Below, one piece after another: positions 28,069 to 36,427 of a stretch of 64,000 nt of DNA. Within the stretch, counting starts at the first letter, position 1. Every line of letters begins with the position of its first letter. The notes under the pieces are model-generated. The model was not told where the DNA came from and did not search any database. It saw only the letters and a program-made list of their open reading frames with translations. The stretch is from assembly GCA_964291675.2 (NCBI GenBank), contig OZ219866.1, positions 352,001 to 416,000 on the forward strand. Direction: 5' to 3'. The DNA is from Alphaproteobacteria bacterium (GTDB taxonomy: Bacteria > Pseudomonadota > Alphaproteobacteria > MPNO01). The position numbers were made by a program, and so were the translations under genes.

Positions 28069-28629
28069 CTAGTTAGCCTGTTCCGCGTCCTTGGCGACCT
28101 GCATGCGGACGATCTTGTCGGGGTTCTCGACCACGCCGCCGCGGCGCGCATCGCCGCGCTTGAGCTTGTCGACGAACTCCATGCCGTCCGTCACCTTGCC
28201 CCAGACGGTGTACTGGCCGTCGAGATGGGGCGCCGGGGCGAACATGATGAAGAACTGGCTGTCGGCGCTGTTGGGGTCGTTGCTGCGCGCCATCGAGGCG
28301 ATGCCCCGGACATGCGGCTCCCTGGAAAACTCGGCCGGCAGCTTGTTGCCGGACCCGCCGGTCCCGGTGCCCGTCGGGTCGCCGCCCTGCGCCATGAACC
28401 CGTCGATCACGCGGTGGAACACCACCCCGTCATAGAACCCGGAGCGGGCGAGCCGCTTGATCTGCTCGACATGCCTGGGTGCGAGGTCGGGGCGCATCTC
28501 GATGACCACGCGGCCATGCTCCAGGTCCATGTAAAGCGTGTTCTCGGGGTCGGCCGCGGCGGTTTCGCTGGTCATGAGCGCTGCTCCCAGGAGGAAGGTG
28601 AACGCACCCACCAGCCTGCTCCGTTTCAT
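28069..28629 (-). CDS. Cyclophilin-type peptidyl-prolyl isomerase, exported
   Basis: FYDGVVFHRVIDGFMAQGGDP; SMAR; SQFFI; LDGQYTVWGKV. Confidence 0.93.
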   Translation of the reverse strand: MKRSRLVGAFTFLLGAALMTSETAAADPENTLYMDLEHGRVVIEMRPDLAPRHVEQIKRLARSGFYDGVVFHRVIDGFMAQGGDPTGTGTGGSGNKLPAEFSREPHVRGIASMARSNDPNSADSQFFIMFAPAPHLDGQYTVWGKVTDGMEFVDKLKRGDARRGGVVENPDKIVRMQVAKDAEQAN

Positions 28630-28686
28630 GGCGCCTCTCGGTCTGGACAGTGGATGGGGAATCGGCCGCACCATAGACCAGCGGCG

Positions 28687-29682
28687 TCAAACGCGGAATA
28701 CCGACTGCACCTCTTCCGGGTAGAGATCCTCGGGCTCGAGCCTCCGGTGGCACAGCCCCTGGTCGTGGCAGAACCGCAGGAACGCCTCGATGGTCGGACG
28801 GTTGGGCTCGATCCCGTAGGGCCAGTAATCGCCGCCCGGGAAGATCTCGCCGCCGAGCTCGGGCACGGTGTCGTAGATCCACGGCACCGGGATCTGCGAA
28901 TGCGTCACGCTGGTGAGCCTGGCGACGCTCCGCTTCTTGGCCGCCTCGAAACCGTTCAGCAGGTTCATCGCGATCCACGGATGCCTGTCGTAGGTGTCGC
29001 GGCGGATCGCCACGGTGTGCATGATCGGGTAGATCCCGGTCCGCCGGAAATAGTCCTGCTCCTGCGTCCGGTAGTCGGGGATCAGGCGCACGATCCGCTC
29101 ATCCCCGTCGAGGAAGGCGCGCGGCGGGCGGGCGGAGACCAGCGCGTCGATATCGCCGGCGAGCAGCATCTCGGTGAGCGAGCGCCCGGGCACCTGGCGG
29201 TAGCTTATGCCTTCGGGGAGCTTGAGATGGGCGAGCTCGATGCGGCCCGGCTCGTTGACCCCGGCCTGCACCCATTCGACCTCGTCGAGCGCAATACCTG
29301 CATCCTCGGCGAGCCAGCCCCGGGCATAGACCGTCGCGGTCTGCGACCATTCGGGGATGCCGATCCGCTTGCCGGCGAGGTCGGCGACCGTCCCCACCCC
29401 GCCCCCGGCGGCGACATACCAGGCCGAATGCCGGAAAACCCGGGAGACGAAGACCGGAATGCCGGTGATCGGCGGGTCGGGCTGCGACACGATCGAGCAG
29501 TACTTGGCGAAGGAAAGCTCGGATACGTCCCACTCGAAGGCGCTCGCGAAGCGGTAGAAGATCTCCTCGACATCGAGGTTGAGCCAGGTGAGCTCGATGC
29601 CCTCGGCGTTGACCTTGCCCTGAAGCAGGTCGCGGGTGTGGTCGTACTCGTCCATCGCGAGCGTCAGGTGGATGTTCGCCAT
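28687..29682 (-). CDS. 4,5-dihydroxyphthalate decarboxylase-family protein
   Basis: YDHTRDL; DVSELS; PVFVSRVFRHS; GIPEWSQTA; TGIYPIMH; YWPYGIEPNR. Confidence 0.85.
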   Translation of the reverse strand: MANIHLTLAMDEYDHTRDLLQGKVNAEGIELTWLNLDVEEIFYRFASAFEWDVSELSFAKYCSIVSQPDPPITGIPVFVSRVFRHSAWYVAAGGGVGTVADLAGKRIGIPEWSQTATVYARGWLAEDAGIALDEVEWVQAGVNEPGRIELAHLKLPEGISYRQVPGRSLTEMLLAGDIDALVSARPPRAFLDGDERIVRLIPDYRTQEQDYFRRTGIYPIMHTVAIRRDTYDRHPWIAMNLLNGFEAAKKRSVARLTSVTHSQIPVPWIYDTVPELGGEIFPGGDYWPYGIEPNRPTIEAFLRFCHDQGLCHRRLEPEDLYPEEVQSVFRV

Positions 29683-29791
29683 TCGCTGCCTCCGCCAAGC
29701 GTGTCCGGCCGCGAGAGTGCCCTGTCGCCCGAGCGTGCGCAACGCTCCCCCGGCGGCTATGATGGCGCCCGCCGCAGACGGGGAGGATCGG

Positions 29792-30703
29792 GTGGCGAGG
29801 CGCGAGGACATCGACCCGCAGGCCGCGAAGGAAGAGATCTTCGCCTATTGCAAGCGCAAGGGCGCGCTCGCCGTCGGCGTCGCCGATCTGGAGGCGCTGG
29901 AGCGCATCGCACCGCCCGGCCACCGCCCGACCGACCTCATGCCGAGGGTGAAGTCGGTGATCGCGCTCGGCGTCGGCGGCCAGACCCAGGGGGCCTGGGC
30001 GCTGCCCGCCAAGGCGCTCGGCTATTTCGGCAGCACCGAGACGCGGGCCTACACCATCGCCTATGGCTGCGCCTTCTTCATCGAGAACCGCTTCGGCATC
30101 CGTTCGATCTACTGCCCGCCCGACATGGACACCGAGTCCGGGCCCAGGGTGCCGCTGCAAAGCCTCAAGCTGCACGCGGAGGTCGCCGGGATCGGCGCCC
30201 GCTCGTTCGCCGGCGACATCCTGCTGCACCCGGATTTCGGCTACATGTATTTCGCCTCGGTGTTCACCGAGCTCGAACTGCCGCCCGACGCGCCGATGGA
30301 GGAGAACCCCTGCCCTGCGCCGTCCTGCGTCAGCCTGTGGCGCAAGACCGGCCAGACCCCGTGCATGAAGTTCTGCCCCGTGCAGTGCCTGTCGGGCGAG
30401 ATCGACGCCGACGGCAACCAGGCGACGATGCGCTACGACATGGCGGCCTGCGCCGAGATGACCCAGCAATTCGAGGCGGTGCCGTCGATGATCGCCGATG
30501 CGGTCGAGGCCAGGGACGAGGTCGAGCGCGAGGACGCGCTGTTCGACGCCGACCAGAAGATCCTCTGGTACAAGATGTCGGTCGGCTCCGGCGGGCTGCT
30601 CGCCCAGTGCTTCGAATGCATGCGGGTCTGCCCGATCGCCACCCAGGCGCCGCAGGCCGACCCGATCCGGCGCTTCGAATACGCGGCCGACGACAGCGAC
30701 TGA
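29792..30703 (+). CDS. QueG / reductive-dehalogenase-like 4Fe-4S protein
   Basis: PGHRPTDLMPRVKSVI; SLKLHAEVAGIG; LLHPDFG; C-x4-C...C-x3-CP and CFECMRVCP; GGGAGG RBS before GTG. Confidence 0.75.
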   Translation: MARREDIDPQAAKEEIFAYCKRKGALAVGVADLEALERIAPPGHRPTDLMPRVKSVIALGVGGQTQGAWALPAKALGYFGSTETRAYTIAYGCAFFIENRFGIRSIYCPPDMDTESGPRVPLQSLKLHAEVAGIGARSFAGDILLHPDFGYMYFASVFTELELPPDAPMEENPCPAPSCVSLWRKTGQTPCMKFCPVQCLSGEIDADGNQATMRYDMAACAEMTQQFEAVPSMIADAVEARDEVEREDALFDADQKILWYKMSVGSGGLLAQCFECMRVCPIATQAPQADPIRRFEYAADDSD

Positions 30704-30751
30704 CGTCCCGGTTCCCAAGCTCCATGCCTTGCGCTGCCCTATCACTTCACC

Positions 30752-30838
30752 CGTCATGCCCGGACTTGTTCCGGGCATCTCTCTCCATGGGTTGCCTTGC
30801 GGGCGGCATGGATGGCCGGGACAAGTCCGGCCATGGCG
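30752..30838. repeat. Alphaproteobacterial REP-like palindromic element
   Basis: CGTCATGCCCGGACTTGTTCCGGGCATC ... GATGGCCGGGACAAGTCCGGCCATGGCG; arms are imperfect reverse complements and each forms a hairpin. Confidence 0.8.
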
Positions 30839-30888
30839 CGGTGGAGACAGGATACGAAAGCACAAGAAACTCTGAAACGGGACACTAG

Positions 30889-32277
30889 ATGACGCGCGGC
30901 CTCAACCGGGTCCAGATGGGTCTGACCGAGGAGATGATCGAGGCCTATGGCGAGACCATCTGGGACCTCAGCCACAACATCCAGGTCCGCATCGGCGATC
31001 CGGTGCGCATGCTCGAGTGGGATCAGATCGAGGCGCAGCGCGGCGGCGCCGGGCTCGCCGACGTCCAGATAGCCGAGCGCATCGGGCTCACCCGCGAACA
31101 GGTCACCCACATCCGCCTGCTGCTGGAGCACCGCAAGTTCCAGCGCCATCACTACCACCGGCTCTACGAGCTCGGCGGCGGACGGCGCTACCGGGCGGAG
31201 CGCTTCGTCCCGGTGGAACGGCGCGCGAGCCTCGGCGAACGGGCGATGGCGCTGCGCGCCGCCCTGAAATTCGACGCGGGCGAGGCCGAGCGCCACATCC
31301 GGACCGGACACTGGGGCGCGGCGACGCCCGCCAGCCGGCTGCGCGCGCTCGCCGCGGCGGACGGCCACGGCCTGGCGATCGACGGCGCGGACGGCGCGCT
31401 GGACTGGCGGGAAGCACTCGAACGGTCCCTGTCGCTCGCCGGCGGGCTGGCCGGGCGCGGCATCGGCCGCGGCGACGTGGTCGCGACGGTCGACCTCAGG
31501 CCGTCCTCGCTGCTGCCCGCCTATGCCGCGGCGTCGCTCTCCAGCGCCGTGCTGTGCCCGCTGCCGGACGCCCTGCCGCCGGAAACGCTGGAGACATGCC
31601 TGGAGCGGATCTCGGCGCGCCTGCTGATCGCCCGCGACGGCGCGGCGATCGAGGATTTGTGCGGCACGGTGCCGAAGGACTGGGACGGGGATGCGGTGGC
31701 GAGCGACCCGCTGGCGATCCTGTTCGCCGGGCTCGACGAGGGGACGCCGCGCGCCGCGGTCCACAACGCGCACACACTGCTGGCGGGCAACGACTGGGCG
31801 AGCGCGCGTTTCGCCCTGTCGCCGGCGGATCGCATCGCCGTCGCCGCGCCCGACCCGGCTTGCGCCGTCACCGCCGTCAACCTGGCGCTCGCCTCGGGGG
31901 CGGCGCTGTGCGAGGCGGGCGCGACGATCGCCGTCGGCGGCGCGCTGCCGGGCGCGCGGCTGACGCTCGCGGCGGATACGGGCTGCCGGGTCTGGATCGC
32001 GCCGGAGACCCAGCTCGCCCTCGCCGCCGCGCCGGATGCGTCCGAGGCGCCGATGCCGGCGCCCGGCGTGTCGCTGCGCCTGGTCGACCGGGACGGCAAC
32101 ATCCTTGCGGGCGAAGCAGAGGGCGCGCTGGAGCTCCGCGGCCCGAGTCTCGCGCCCTCCTATCTCGATGACGAGGAAGCGAACCGGAACCGCTTCACCG
32201 GCGACCGCTGGTGGCGCACCGGCCTGCGCGCGAGAATGGACGCCAGCGGAACGGTCGCGCTGCTGGGCAGGCATTGA
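30889..32277 (+). CDS. HTH-like domain fused to a degenerate, truncated AMP-binding (acyl-CoA ligase) domain
   Basis: GLADVQIAERIGLTREQVTHIR; GIGRGDVVA; EGALELRGPSLAPSYLDDEEAN; WWRTG; P-loop and C-subdomain missing. Confidence 0.72.
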   Translation: MTRGLNRVQMGLTEEMIEAYGETIWDLSHNIQVRIGDPVRMLEWDQIEAQRGGAGLADVQIAERIGLTREQVTHIRLLLEHRKFQRHHYHRLYELGGGRRYRAERFVPVERRASLGERAMALRAALKFDAGEAERHIRTGHWGAATPASRLRALAAADGHGLAIDGADGALDWREALERSLSLAGGLAGRGIGRGDVVATVDLRPSSLLPAYAAASLSSAVLCPLPDALPPETLETCLERISARLLIARDGAAIEDLCGTVPKDWDGDAVASDPLAILFAGLDEGTPRAAVHNAHTLLAGNDWASARFALSPADRIAVAAPDPACAVTAVNLALASGAALCEAGATIAVGGALPGARLTLAADTGCRVWIAPETQLALAAAPDASEAPMPAPGVSLRLVDRDGNILAGEAEGALELRGPSLAPSYLDDEEANRNRFTGDRWWRTGLRARMDASGTVALLGRH

Positions 32278-32296
32278 GCGAGGCAGGGAGACCGGC

Positions 32297-32986
32297 ATGA
32301 GCTACGCCATACCCTTCGCCGGCCCTCCGACGGTCGGCATCGCGGGCGGCGATCTCCGCTTCCCTGTGCGCCGGATCTACACCATCGGGCGCAACTACGC
32401 CGCCCATGCCGCGGAAACCGGGCTGGGCGGGGCCGGCGGCTCGAAGCCGGGCGTTTCGCTCAAGCCCGCGGATTCGGTGATCCCCGACGGCAGCGCCCTG
32501 CCCTACCCGCCGGGGACCGCGCAGCTGGAGCCGGAGGTCGAGATGGTCGCCGCCATCGGCAAGGGCGGCGCCGACATCCCGCGCGCAGCCGCGCTCGACC
32601 ACGTCTTCGGCTACGCCGTCGGCTTCGACATGATCCGGCGCGACATCATGCATGCCTGCATCGCCGACCAGCATTCCTGGGATCTCTGCAAGAGCTTCGA
32701 CGGCGCATCGCCGATCGGCGACCTCGCCCCCGCCGGGGACATCGGCCATCCCGCGAGCGGCGCGATCGCGCTCGCCATCAACGGGGCGGAGCGCCAGCGG
32801 GGCGATCTGTCGGAGCTGATCTGGCCGGTCGCGGAGATCGTCGCGCGGCTGTCGGCGCTGAGCCGGCTGGAGCCGGGCGACCTGATCTTCACCGGCACCC
32901 CCAAGGGGCCGGGCAAGGTCGAGCGCGGCGACCGGCTGGAGGGCGTCATCGAGGGGATCGGCAGCCTCGCCATCGACATCGCGTGA
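32297..32986 (+). CDS. Fumarylacetoacetate hydrolase family protein
   Basis: RRIYTIGRNYAAHA; EVEM; FDMIRRD; KSFD; GDLIFTGTP. Confidence 0.9.
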   Translation: MSYAIPFAGPPTVGIAGGDLRFPVRRIYTIGRNYAAHAAETGLGGAGGSKPGVSLKPADSVIPDGSALPYPPGTAQLEPEVEMVAAIGKGGADIPRAAALDHVFGYAVGFDMIRRDIMHACIADQHSWDLCKSFDGASPIGDLAPAGDIGHPASGAIALAINGAERQRGDLSELIWPVAEIVARLSALSRLEPGDLIFTGTPKGPGKVERGDRLEGVIEGIGSLAIDIA

Positions 32987-33004
32987 TCGCGGCGCGCCGA
33001 CCCT

Positions 33005-33511
33005 TCAGGATATCGGATCGGTCAACCCCGCCGGCAGGCGGGTCCGCGCGGTCAGATGCGCGCGGGCGAGCTGGTCGGGCTTCAGGCTGAGCACGGAGGA
33101 GAGATCGGCACCGTCGAGATTGGCATCGTCGAGCACGGCGTGGAGGAGATCGGCCCCCGCGAGATCGGCGTCCAAGAGCTCGGCGCCGGAGAGATCGGCC
33201 CGCACCAGCTCCGCCCCGGCGAGCCGCGCGCCGCGCAAGCTCGCACCCGTCAGCACGGCATCGTGCAGGAAGGCGCCGCCGAGATCGGCCCCGGCCAGAT
33301 CGGCGCTCCGGAGCTCGGCGCGCCTGAGCTCGGCCCGGCGCAGGCTCGCCCCGGCGAACAGCGCCCCGTGCAGGGTGTAGCCGTGCAGATTCGCGCCGTC
33401 GAGATCGAGCCCGCTGAAATCGCCCCGCTCGCCGCCCTTGCCGGCGCTCAGCACCCAGCTCAGATGGCGCTCGAAGCGCTTGCGGAACGCCTCCGCGTCG
33501 ATCGTCTCCAC
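33005..33511 (-). CDS. Pentapeptide repeat protein
   Basis: Tandem A(D/E/S/N)Lxx repeats; GTG start inferred. Confidence 0.87.
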   Translation of the reverse strand: METIDAEAFRKRFERHLSWVLSAGKGGERGDFSGLDLDGANLHGYTLHGALFAGASLRRAELRRAELRSADLAGADLGGAFLHDAVLTGASLRGARLAGAELVRADLSGAELLDADLAGADLLHAVLDDANLDGADLSSVLSLKPDQLARAHLTARTRLPAGLTDPIS

Positions 33512-33664
33512 CGCCGTTCCCCGTGACCCTTCGACACCGCGCCGGCACGGTGTTGAAACAGCTCGCGAATTGCAAGCCCGCAAGGGGTGGCGATCGAACG
33601 CGCAGGACGGCACAATTGCGTCCTCCCCCGCGTAACTTGGCTGGGCAACAAGGGCGAGACCGAC

Positions 33665-34558
33665 ATGCAGAGCGTTGAGACGAAGCACAATCTTAGGTTG
33701 TCTCGGAGGACGGTCTCGCTGTTCTGCGCTGTGCTGGTGTCCGGAACCGGTCTGTTCCTGTCACCCGACCGGACGCAGGCGGCTCGCCCGGGAGGTCCAC
33801 CGACGTGTACGGTCGACAACATCACGGGCCCCTGTCGCTTCATCCGCACGATCAAGACTATCAAGGCGGACCACGACAAATACGTGTCGAACCGTTCGAT
33901 TCTATGGATCGAAAAGGCCTACCTGTCGCGCGAGGAGGCGATGCACCTGCACGAGAGGATCGACAAGGGCATCGGCGATGTCGAGAACGCGCTTGGATTG
34001 AAATTCGCGGCCGAAGTCTACGGCCAGGAAAAGATCGAGTTCTTCGTCCACGGGGCGCGCAGACCTTCGCACACGATTACCGCCTATTGGCCGCGGCGCT
34101 TCCTGCACCCGGTCATCTTCCTCACCTACGCCAAGGGGCGAAGAACGCCCTACCTGCACGAGATCGTCCATATCGTCGCCTGGGACTGGCACGCGCTGTG
34201 GCTCAAGGAAGGGCTGGCGGTGGTCTTGAACGACCGGTTGGGCGGCTATCGCGCTTTCCCGAATTTCGGCCGGTCGCTGGACAACCTGGCGCGGGAATTC
34301 GACGGGGGCGGCTCGTTCCCCGCGACGGCGGCGATGGACCTGATCGGCCAGAACGGCGTACCGGAGTTCGACAACCGGAAGGTACGGCGGATCTTCTATA
34401 TCTTCGCAGGCTCGTTCGTGGCCTATCTGGAACGCAAGATCGGGCTGCCGGTGCTGATGAAAATCTATTCGGCGGAAGACACCGCGGCCGCCATTCTCCG
34501 GCTGACGGGAAAACCGGTGGGGCAGTGGAAAGCCGAATGGCGTCGAGAGTTCTACTAG
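33665..34558 (+). CDS. Exported gluzincin-type zinc metallopeptidase
   Basis: Signal-like N terminus; YLHEIVH...WLKEGLA; AGSFVAYL. Confidence 0.7.
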   Translation: MQSVETKHNLRLSRRTVSLFCAVLVSGTGLFLSPDRTQAARPGGPPTCTVDNITGPCRFIRTIKTIKADHDKYVSNRSILWIEKAYLSREEAMHLHERIDKGIGDVENALGLKFAAEVYGQEKIEFFVHGARRPSHTITAYWPRRFLHPVIFLTYAKGRRTPYLHEIVHIVAWDWHALWLKEGLAVVLNDRLGGYRAFPNFGRSLDNLAREFDGGGSFPATAAMDLIGQNGVPEFDNRKVRRIFYIFAGSFVAYLERKIGLPVLMKIYSAEDTAAAILRLTGKPVGQWKAEWRREFY

Positions 34559-34692
34559 CGGCGGCGGGTGAAGGCGGCCACCCGGCTCCGGCGACCCGGG
34601 CCTCTTCGTTTGATCGCAGCCACAACCGGCCCTATCATGGAGAGGAGTGCATGGCCAGGTGTCGGCACCGGCGTTTCGGACGGGATTTCGGA

Positions 34693-34998
34693 GTGAACAG
34701 AGCGCCGTTTCTTGCCGCGGGGTTTGTCGCGCTGGCGGCGCTGCTCGGCGCCTGCAGCGTGGCCGAGTCGCTCAATCCCGCGGGCTGGTTTCCGTCCTCC
34801 GACGACGACGGCAAGGGCGCCGAGCAATCGCCGGCGGAAGAACCCGCGCCCGCGCCCGACTGGGACGAGCTGCGCGAGAAGATGGCCGACGGCCTGATCG
34901 CGGACCGCGAGAACGCCCGCCATACCGGCGAGCCGATCCCGCGCCAGAGCGATCAGCTCGCCCCGCCGCCGGGAGCGTCGACCGAGGGCGCGCGCTAG
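34693..34998 (+). CDS. Small lipoprotein
   Basis: Lipobox LGAC; GLIADRENARHT; GTG start inferred. Confidence 0.65.
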   Translation: MNRAPFLAAGFVALAALLGACSVAESLNPAGWFPSSDDDGKGAEQSPAEEPAPAPDWDELREKMADGLIADRENARHTGEPIPRQSDQLAPPPGASTEGAR

Positions 34999-35191
34999 AA
35001 AGGGGCCGGCGGTTCGCAAGGGACCGCGGCAAATCGTCCCGGAACGGCGTCTCGCCCACCCGGTCCCGCAATTCGGCGGGTCGGCGGCGCAGCGCCGGGT
35101 TGTCAGCGCCCGTCAAACGATGCAGTTTCGCCGCCGATGAGGGTTCGGCCCCGCCGCCGGATCTCGCCAGAGTCGGAAAGCCGATCGAGCC

Positions 35192-36427
35192 ATGAGCGCA
35201 GTGCCGGAGAGCGAGCAGCAATTCTACCGGATCAAGCGGTTGCCGCCCTATGTGTTCGCCGAGGTGAACGCGATGAAGGCGGCGGCGCGCGCGGCCGGCG
35301 AGGACATCATCGATTTCGGCATGGGCAACCCCGACGCCCCCTCCCCGCCGCATGTCGTCGCCAAGCTGGTCGAGGCGGTGCAGGACCCGAAGACCCACCG
35401 CTATTCCAACTCGCGCGGCATCCGCGGGCTCAGGCGGGCCATCGCGGCCTATTACGAACGCCGCTTCGGGGTGACCCTCGACCCGGAGCGCGAGGCCATC
35501 GCCACGCTCGGCTCCAAGGAGGGCTTCGCCAACCTGGCGATGGCGATCACCAGCCCGGGCGACGTGGTCATCGTCCCCAACCCGTCCTACCCGATCCACG
35601 CCTACGGGTTCATCATCGCCGGCGGCGCGCTGCGCCATGTCCCGGTCGGCCCCGGCATCGACTTCCTGGCCGAGATCGAACGCGCGGCGCGCTACAGCGT
35701 GCCGGCGCCGCTTGCCGTGATCCTCAACTTCCCGGCCAACCCGACCGCGCATGTCGTGGATCTCGGGTTCTACGAGGAGGTGGTCGATTTCTGCCGGTCG
35801 CGCGGCATCTACGTGATCTCCGACCTCGCCTATGCCGAGATCTATTTCGACGACAACCCGCCGCCGTCGATCCTCCAGGTGCCCGGCGCGATCGACATCG
35901 CGGTCGAGTTCACCTCGCTCAGCAAGACCTACTCGATGCCGGGCTGGCGCATCGGCTTCGCGGTCGGCAACCGCCGGCTGATCGAGGCGCTGGCGCGGGT
36001 GAAATCCTATCTCGACTACGGCGCCTTCACCCCGGTCCAGGTCGCCGCGGTGGCCGCGCTCAACGGCCCGCAGGACTGCATCGACGAGACCCGCGCGCTC
36101 TATCGCCGGCGCCGCGACGTGCTGGTCGAGAGCTTCGGCGCCGCCGGGTGGGAGATACCGCCGCCGGACGCGACCATGTTCGCCTGGGCGCCGATCCCGC
36201 CGCGGTTCTCCAATATCGGCTCGCTCGAATTCTCCAAGCTGCTGCTCGACCGGGCCAAGGTCGCGGTCTCGCCCGGCGTCGGGTTCGGCGAGTACGGCGA
36301 GGGCCATGTGCGGATCGCGCTGGTCGAGAACCGCCACCGCATCCGCCAGGCGGCGCGCAACGTCCGCCGCTTCCTCTCCGACACCGACCGCCTGGTCGCC
36401 ATGCCGAAACGGGCGGCGCAGGCCTGA
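35192..36427 (+). CDS. alaC: PLP class I aminotransferase (AlaC-like, often annotated LL-DAP aminotransferase)
   Basis: RLPPYVF; DFGMGNPD; SDLAY; SLSKTYSMPGWRIGF; KSYLDYGAFTP. Confidence 0.87.
   Translation: MSAVPESEQQFYRIKRLPPYVFAEVNAMKAAARAAGEDIIDFGMGNPDAPSPPHVVAKLVEAVQDPKTHRYSNSRGIRGLRRAIAAYYERRFGVTLDPEREAIATLGSKEGFANLAMAITSPGDVVIVPNPSYPIHAYGFIIAGGALRHVPVGPGIDFLAEIERAARYSVPAPLAVILNFPANPTAHVVDLGFYEEVVDFCRSRGIYVISDLAYAEIYFDDNPPPSILQVPGAIDIAVEFTSLSKTYSMPGWRIGFAVGNRRLIEALARVKSYLDYGAFTPVQVAAVAALNGPQDCIDETRALYRRRRDVLVESFGAAGWEIPPPDATMFAWAPIPPRFSNIGSLEFSKLLLDRAKVAVSPGVGFGEYGEGHVRIALVENRHRIRQAARNVRRFLSDTDRLVAMPKRAAQA

Noticed and set aside
33090-33420. 15-bp periodic DNA repeats (GAGATCGGC...) as a CRISPR or tandem array
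   Set aside because: Explained by pentapeptide-repeat coding; no spacers or cas genes.
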